From sequence record SRR22947727_6326: DNA of 35,079 bases; one strand, written 5' to 3'. The position numbers and the translations under genes are program-made. The notes beneath the pieces are model-generated. The model saw nothing but the letters and a program-made list of their open reading frames with translations. It was not told where the DNA came from and did not search any database. Position 1 is the first letter of the stretch, and each line of letters starts with the position of its first letter. Positions 30,977 to 35,079 of the stretch are shown piece after piece.

Positions 30977-31009
30977 ACTAGGGAAGGTTGTAGTAAAATT
31001 ATAAGACTT

Positions 31010-34000
31010 ATGGGATTTGATTTTACAGAGAAAGACTCTTGCGGAGTTGGCTTTATAGCCTCTAGAGGGCTTCCTCCAACTCATGGAATGACTCTTAAAA
31101 TATTAGAATGCCTTTCAAACCTTGACCATAGAGGTGCTAAGTTTGCAGATGGAACAGGGGATGGAGCAGGAGTTCTAACTGAAATTCCCTATGAACTCAT
31201 TAATGCGGAACTAAAAGAGAGAGACATAACACTTGGTAAAGGAAAAAAATTAGGATTAATTTCATGTTTTTTCGAAGCTAAGGAATTAAATGAATCAAAA
31301 GAAATAATTGAAAAAAAACTTTCGGATTTTAAAATTGATCTTCTGTATTGGAGAAAAGTTCCCACAGATAAAGAAGTATTAGGTACATTAGCAAAACAAT
31401 CTAAACCAGCAATTTTTCATGCTGTCATTTCCTCTGACGAAAAAAATGAGAAAATATTTGAGAAAACTTTATATTTATTTAGAAAAGCATTAGAAAAAGA
31501 AATTTCTAATCATAAGTTTTTGAATATACATATAAACTCATGTTCTTCTAGAACAGTTGTTTACAAAGGTCTTTTCACTGCGACACAAGCTTCAGATTTC
31601 TATTGGGATTTAAGAAATCCTTTATTTAAGACGAGATTTGGTATATTTCATCAAAGGTTTTCAACAAATACATCTTCAACTTGGGACAAAGCCCAACCGC
31701 TTCGCATGCTTGCTCACAATGGTGAAATTAATACAATAACCGCTAATTATTCATGGATGCAGGCGCGCGAAGTTGATGCTACTTCTAGTTTTTGGAAAGA
31801 TGATATTAATACACTCAAACCATTTATTGATGAGGACATATCAGACTCCGGGCAGTTAGATAATGCAGTTGAGTTGTTAGTACAATCTGGTAGAACTTTA
31901 GCCCATGCTCAAGAAATGCTTATGCCCTCTGCGTGGGAAAACAATCCAAGGTTCACTGAAGATGAAAAAGCATTCTATCAATATCATTCATTCCTAACTG
32001 AGCCGTGGGATGGGCCAGCTGCAATTGTGGCCTCCGATGGTCTAGATATAATTGCAGGTTTAGACAGAAGTGGGTTAAGACCTATGAGGTGGATGGTTTC
32101 TGATAGATATATACTTGCAGCTTCAGAAGTAGGAATTTGCCCGTCAGTTGAAGCGGGTGCATATAAGACAGCACAACTAGAACCTGGTCAAACTATTAGA
32201 TACAGATTAAATGATGATGAATTGCTTGATGAAAAAGAAGTAATACAGAAATTAAGTATAAAAAATCCATATAAAGAATGGGTTAATTCAAAACCTCTAA
32301 ATGTAGATACAGAATTTAGCGATTTAGAAGATAAAAGTATAGATATCGATTTGTTGTCTTCATACTTTGACTATACACCAGAAGAACAAAGACTAATCCT
32401 TTTACCAATGTTGAAAGGAGATGTTCCTACAGGTTCAATGGGTAATGACTCACCCTTAGGAATATTAAGTAAGAATAAGCCGAGATTAAGCAGATTCTTT
32501 CATCAGTTATTTGCTCAGGTAACAAATCCACCCATAGACCCAATCAGAGAGCGTTTTGTTATGTCTACTAAAACTTATTTAGGCAAGAGAGGATCAATAC
32601 TTAAAGAGACTTCACAACAGGCTAATTTAGTTGCATTAAATTCACCTATTTTAAGTGGTAGAACTTACGATAAACTAATATCTAACGAAGTTCTTGGAAA
32701 AAAGTCAGAAGTGATTAGCTTTTGTTTTGACAAGTCTGAAACCAACATGGAATCTGCGTTAAAAAAAGTATGTGAAAAGGCTGAAGAGTCCATAATCACC
32801 AAGAAGAAATCATTAATAATTTTATCGGATAAAGATTTAAAAATTGGTGAAAGCGTAATACCTTCATTACTTGTTATTGGGACTTTACACCACTACTTAA
32901 TTAAAAAAGGAATTAGGTTGCAGGCCTCATTAATTATTGCTTCAGGTGAAATCAGGGATGCACATGATTTGGCTTGCCATATTTCATACGGTGCATCAGC
33001 TGTATGGCCATATTTGGCTTTAGAGAATATTAGAAAATTGGCATTATCTACGCCTGAGTTAGGAATATCAGTGTCTGAAGCTCAAGAAAATTACACTGAA
33101 ACTTTGAACAAGGGCTTACTGAAAATAATGTCAAAAATGGGGATCTGTACGGTCTCTTCTTATAGAGGTTCAGAATTATTTGAGATAATCGGTTTAAATA
33201 AATCACTTATTTCAGATGCGTTTACATATTCTAAAAGCAGAACAGAAGGTATTGGTTATGAAGAATTAGAAAGCCAAATTAAAATCTGCTCTGAAGAAGC
33301 TACCCAAGATTTAGGGGGGTTCTATAAATATAAAAAAAATGCTGAGCCTCACGTAACTTCACCTGCGACAGTTTTAAGACTTCAAAAAGCTGTTAGATCT
33401 GGAGACAGAGATATTTGGTTAGATTATCTACAGACATTAGAAGACAGACCTGATGTACAGATACGTGATTTATTCACCCTTCCTGATTCAACAGAAGGTT
33501 ACGAGAACCAAAAAATAGCGTCTTTAGATGAAATTTATCATAAATTTACTGTATCTTCAATGTCTTTGGGAGCGCTATCAGAAGAAGCACATCAAGCGTT
33601 AGCAATAGCTATGAATAGACTTGGAGCAAAATCAGGATCTGGTGAAGGTGGAGAAGATCCAGCACGATATGACAACGAAAAAAATTCTAAGATCAAGCAA
33701 ATTGCTTCAGGAAGATTTGGAGTAACTCCTGACTACTTAGCTTCTGCAGAAGAGTTTCAAATAAAAATGGCACAAGGTTCTAAACCTGGTGAGGGCGGTC
33801 AACTTCCTGGTTTTAAGGTTGATTCCCATATTGCTAAATTAAGACACACAACAGAAGGTATTACACTTATTTCTCCACCACCTCATCACGATATATATTC
33901 AATTGAAGATTTAGCTCAACTAATTTACGATTTAAAAACATTTAATCCAAATACTCCTGTCAATGTGAAACTAGTTTCCGAACCAGGTGTGGGGACCATA

Positions 34001-35079
34001 GCCGTTGGTGTTGCTAAAGCTGGCGCAGATATTATAACTATTGCAGGTAGCGATGGGGGTACAGGGGCTAGTCCTTGGACAAGCATTAAACATGCTGGAT
34101 CACCTTGGGAACTTGGACTAAGTGAAACGCACCAGGCATTAGTTGTTAATAATATGAGGGATAAAGTACTCCTTGAGGTAGATGGTGGGTTGCGTTCCGC
34201 AAAGGATGTAATTATTGCAGCTACTTTAGGTGCTGATAGATTTGGTTTTGGTACGTTGCCACTTTTAGCATTAGGATGCAAAATGGTACGACAATGCCAT
34301 GAAAACACATGTCCCGTTGGAATTGCAACTCAAGATGAAAATTTAAGAGCAAAGTTTAATGGAGCACCTGAACAGGTTATGCAATTGTTCACTTTTCTCG
34401 CTGAAGACGTACAGAAGTATTTGCAATTATTCAATGTAAATAAACTAGATGATTTAATAGGACATGCCGATCTGTTAGGACTTAAAGTTTTAAATAATAA
34501 TCTACCTACTAGCTTGCACAAACTTCTTGTGAATGCAGTACCAGAGAAGAAGCATCCTGGATTTATCAGACATGACGAGGGTAGGTTATCAAGAAGAATA
34601 ACTTCTGAAGTAATTAAATCATTGAACGCAGACAAAGAATCATTTTTACAATACCCAATATCCAATGAAGACAGAAGTATAGGTGCAAGACTTTCTGGTG
34701 AGGTTTCTATAAATAAGCTAAACAAACAAATTGAAAAAAACCCCTCACTAATTAGCCTTTCTGGTTCAGCTGGTCAAAGTTTTGGAGCTTTTATAAGAGA
34801 TGGTATAAATCTGAAACTAACTGGGAGTGCTAATGATTATGTAGGTAAAGGTATGGGTGGAGGAAGTATAACAATAATACCTCAGGGTAAAAAAATGCAA
34901 GGAGCGTACCATGCTGCTGGAAATGCCCTCCTTTATGGTGCTACCGGAGGTCAATTATTTATATCCGGTAGGGTCGGCCAAAGATTTGGAGTAAGAAACA
35001 GTGGAGCTATAGCTGTTGTTGAGGGATGCAGCGCTCACGCAGCTGAATACATGACAGGTGGGACCCTAGTTATTCTTGG
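31010..35079 (+). CDS. gltB: Glutamate synthase large subunit, 3'-truncated by the window edge
   Basis: ATG 31010 gives MGFDFTEKDSCGVGFIA (catalytic Cys after a 10-aa propeptide). Also HQRFSTNT, AHNGEINT, EPWDGPA, FAQVTNPPIDPIRE, IKMAQGSKPGEGGQLPG, the 3Fe-4S motif GCKMVRQCHENTCPVGIATQ, and EYMTGG at the window end in the same frame as the start. Confidence 0.98.
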   Translation, partial: MGFDFTEKDSCGVGFIASRGLPPTHGMTLKILECLSNLDHRGAKFADGTGDGAGVLTEIPYELINAELKERDITLGKGKKLGLISCFFEAKELNESKEIIEKKLSDFKIDLLYWRKVPTDKEVLGTLAKQSKPAIFHAVISSDEKNEKIFEKTLYLFRKALEKEISNHKFLNIHINSCSSRTVVYKGLFTATQASDFYWDLRNPLFKTRFGIFHQRFSTNTSSTWDKAQPLRMLAHNGEINTITANYSWMQAREVDATSSFWKDDINTLKPFIDEDISDSGQLDNAVELLVQSGRTLAHAQEMLMPSAWENNPRFTEDEKAFYQYHSFLTEPWDGPAAIVASDGLDIIAGLDRSGLRPMRWMVSDRYILAASEVGICPSVEAGAYKTAQLEPGQTIRYRLNDDELLDEKEVIQKLSIKNPYKEWVNSKPLNVDTEFSDLEDKSIDIDLLSSYFDYTPEEQRLILLPMLKGDVPTGSMGNDSPLGILSKNKPRLSRFFHQLFAQVTNPPIDPIRERFVMSTKTYLGKRGSILKETSQQANLVALNSPILSGRTYDKLISNEVLGKKSEVISFCFDKSETNMESALKKVCEKAEESIITKKKSLIILSDKDLKIGESVIPSLLVIGTLHHYLIKKGIRLQASLIIASGEIRDAHDLACHISYGASAVWPYLALENIRKLALSTPELGISVSEAQENYTETLNKGLLKIMSKMGICTVSSYRGSELFEIIGLNKSLISDAFTYSKSRTEGIGYEELESQIKICSEEATQDLGGFYKYKKNAEPHVTSPATVLRLQKAVRSGDRDIWLDYLQTLEDRPDVQIRDLFTLPDSTEGYENQKIASLDEIYHKFTVSSMSLGALSEEAHQALAIAMNRLGAKSGSGEGGEDPARYDNEKNSKIKQIASGRFGVTPDYLASAEEFQIKMAQGSKPGEGGQLPGFKVDSHIAKLRHTTEGITLISPPPHHDIYSIEDLAQLIYDLKTFNPNTPVNVKLVSEPGVGTIAVGVAKAGADIITIAGSDGGTGASPWTSIKHAGSPWELGLSETHQALVVNNMRDKVLLEVDGGLRSAKDVIIAATLGADRFGFGTLPLLALGCKMVRQCHENTCPVGIATQDENLRAKFNGAPEQVMQLFTFLAEDVQKYLQLFNVNKLDDLIGHADLLGLKVLNNNLPTSLHKLLVNAVPEKKHPGFIRHDEGRLSRRITSEVIKSLNADKESFLQYPISNEDRSIGARLSGEVSINKLNKQIEKNPSLISLSGSAGQSFGAFIRDGINLKLTGSANDYVGKGMGGGSITIIPQGKKMQGAYHAAGNALLYGATGGQLFISGRVGQRFGVRNSGAIAVVEGCSAHAAEYMTGGTLVIL

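Noticed and set aside
30892..31009. Glutamine riboswitch (glnA or Downstream-peptide motif) upstream of gltB
   Set aside because: The three-way junction and CGUUC...GAACG-type elements of those motifs were not seen. The element is a single long hairpin. An Rfam scan is still needed.

Overview
This is a low-GC (roughly one third by eye), densely packed bacterial chromosome segment. It has actinobacterial hallmarks: a GlnR-type box before amtB, an MshB/Mca-like deacetylase, a RegX3/SenX3-like pair, Streptomyces-type sodN with divergent sodX, and the rho-rpmE-prfA-prmC-tsaC-glyA-atp gene order. It most resembles a streamlined marine actinobacterium such as Ca. Actinomarina, which is an inference and was not searched. 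Left to right: a partial HExxH metallopeptidase, a BASS transporter, a ~14 kb gapless run from rho through the F1Fo ATP synthase genes to a PIG-L deacetylase, a phosphate island (pstSCAB-phoU, response regulator, kinase, Na/Pi cotransporter, second PhoU), a minus-strand unit sodX-small Cys/His protein-korA-korB divergent from nickel SOD sodN, metG, a 7-TM membrane protein, amtB, and gltB running off the right edge (absent from the ORF track). No rRNA, tRNA, CRISPR array or mobile element was seen. The best leads are: a 62-aa Cys/His-rich protein in the NiSOD maturation/KorAB unit; a long hairpin with a C-rich apex between amtB and gltB; 11-bp-period TTTACT arrays that are forward before pstS/pstC but inverted before the Na/Pi cotransporter; a histidine kinase with no sensor or membrane domain; and a Zn-free L31 in the housekeeping rpmE slot.
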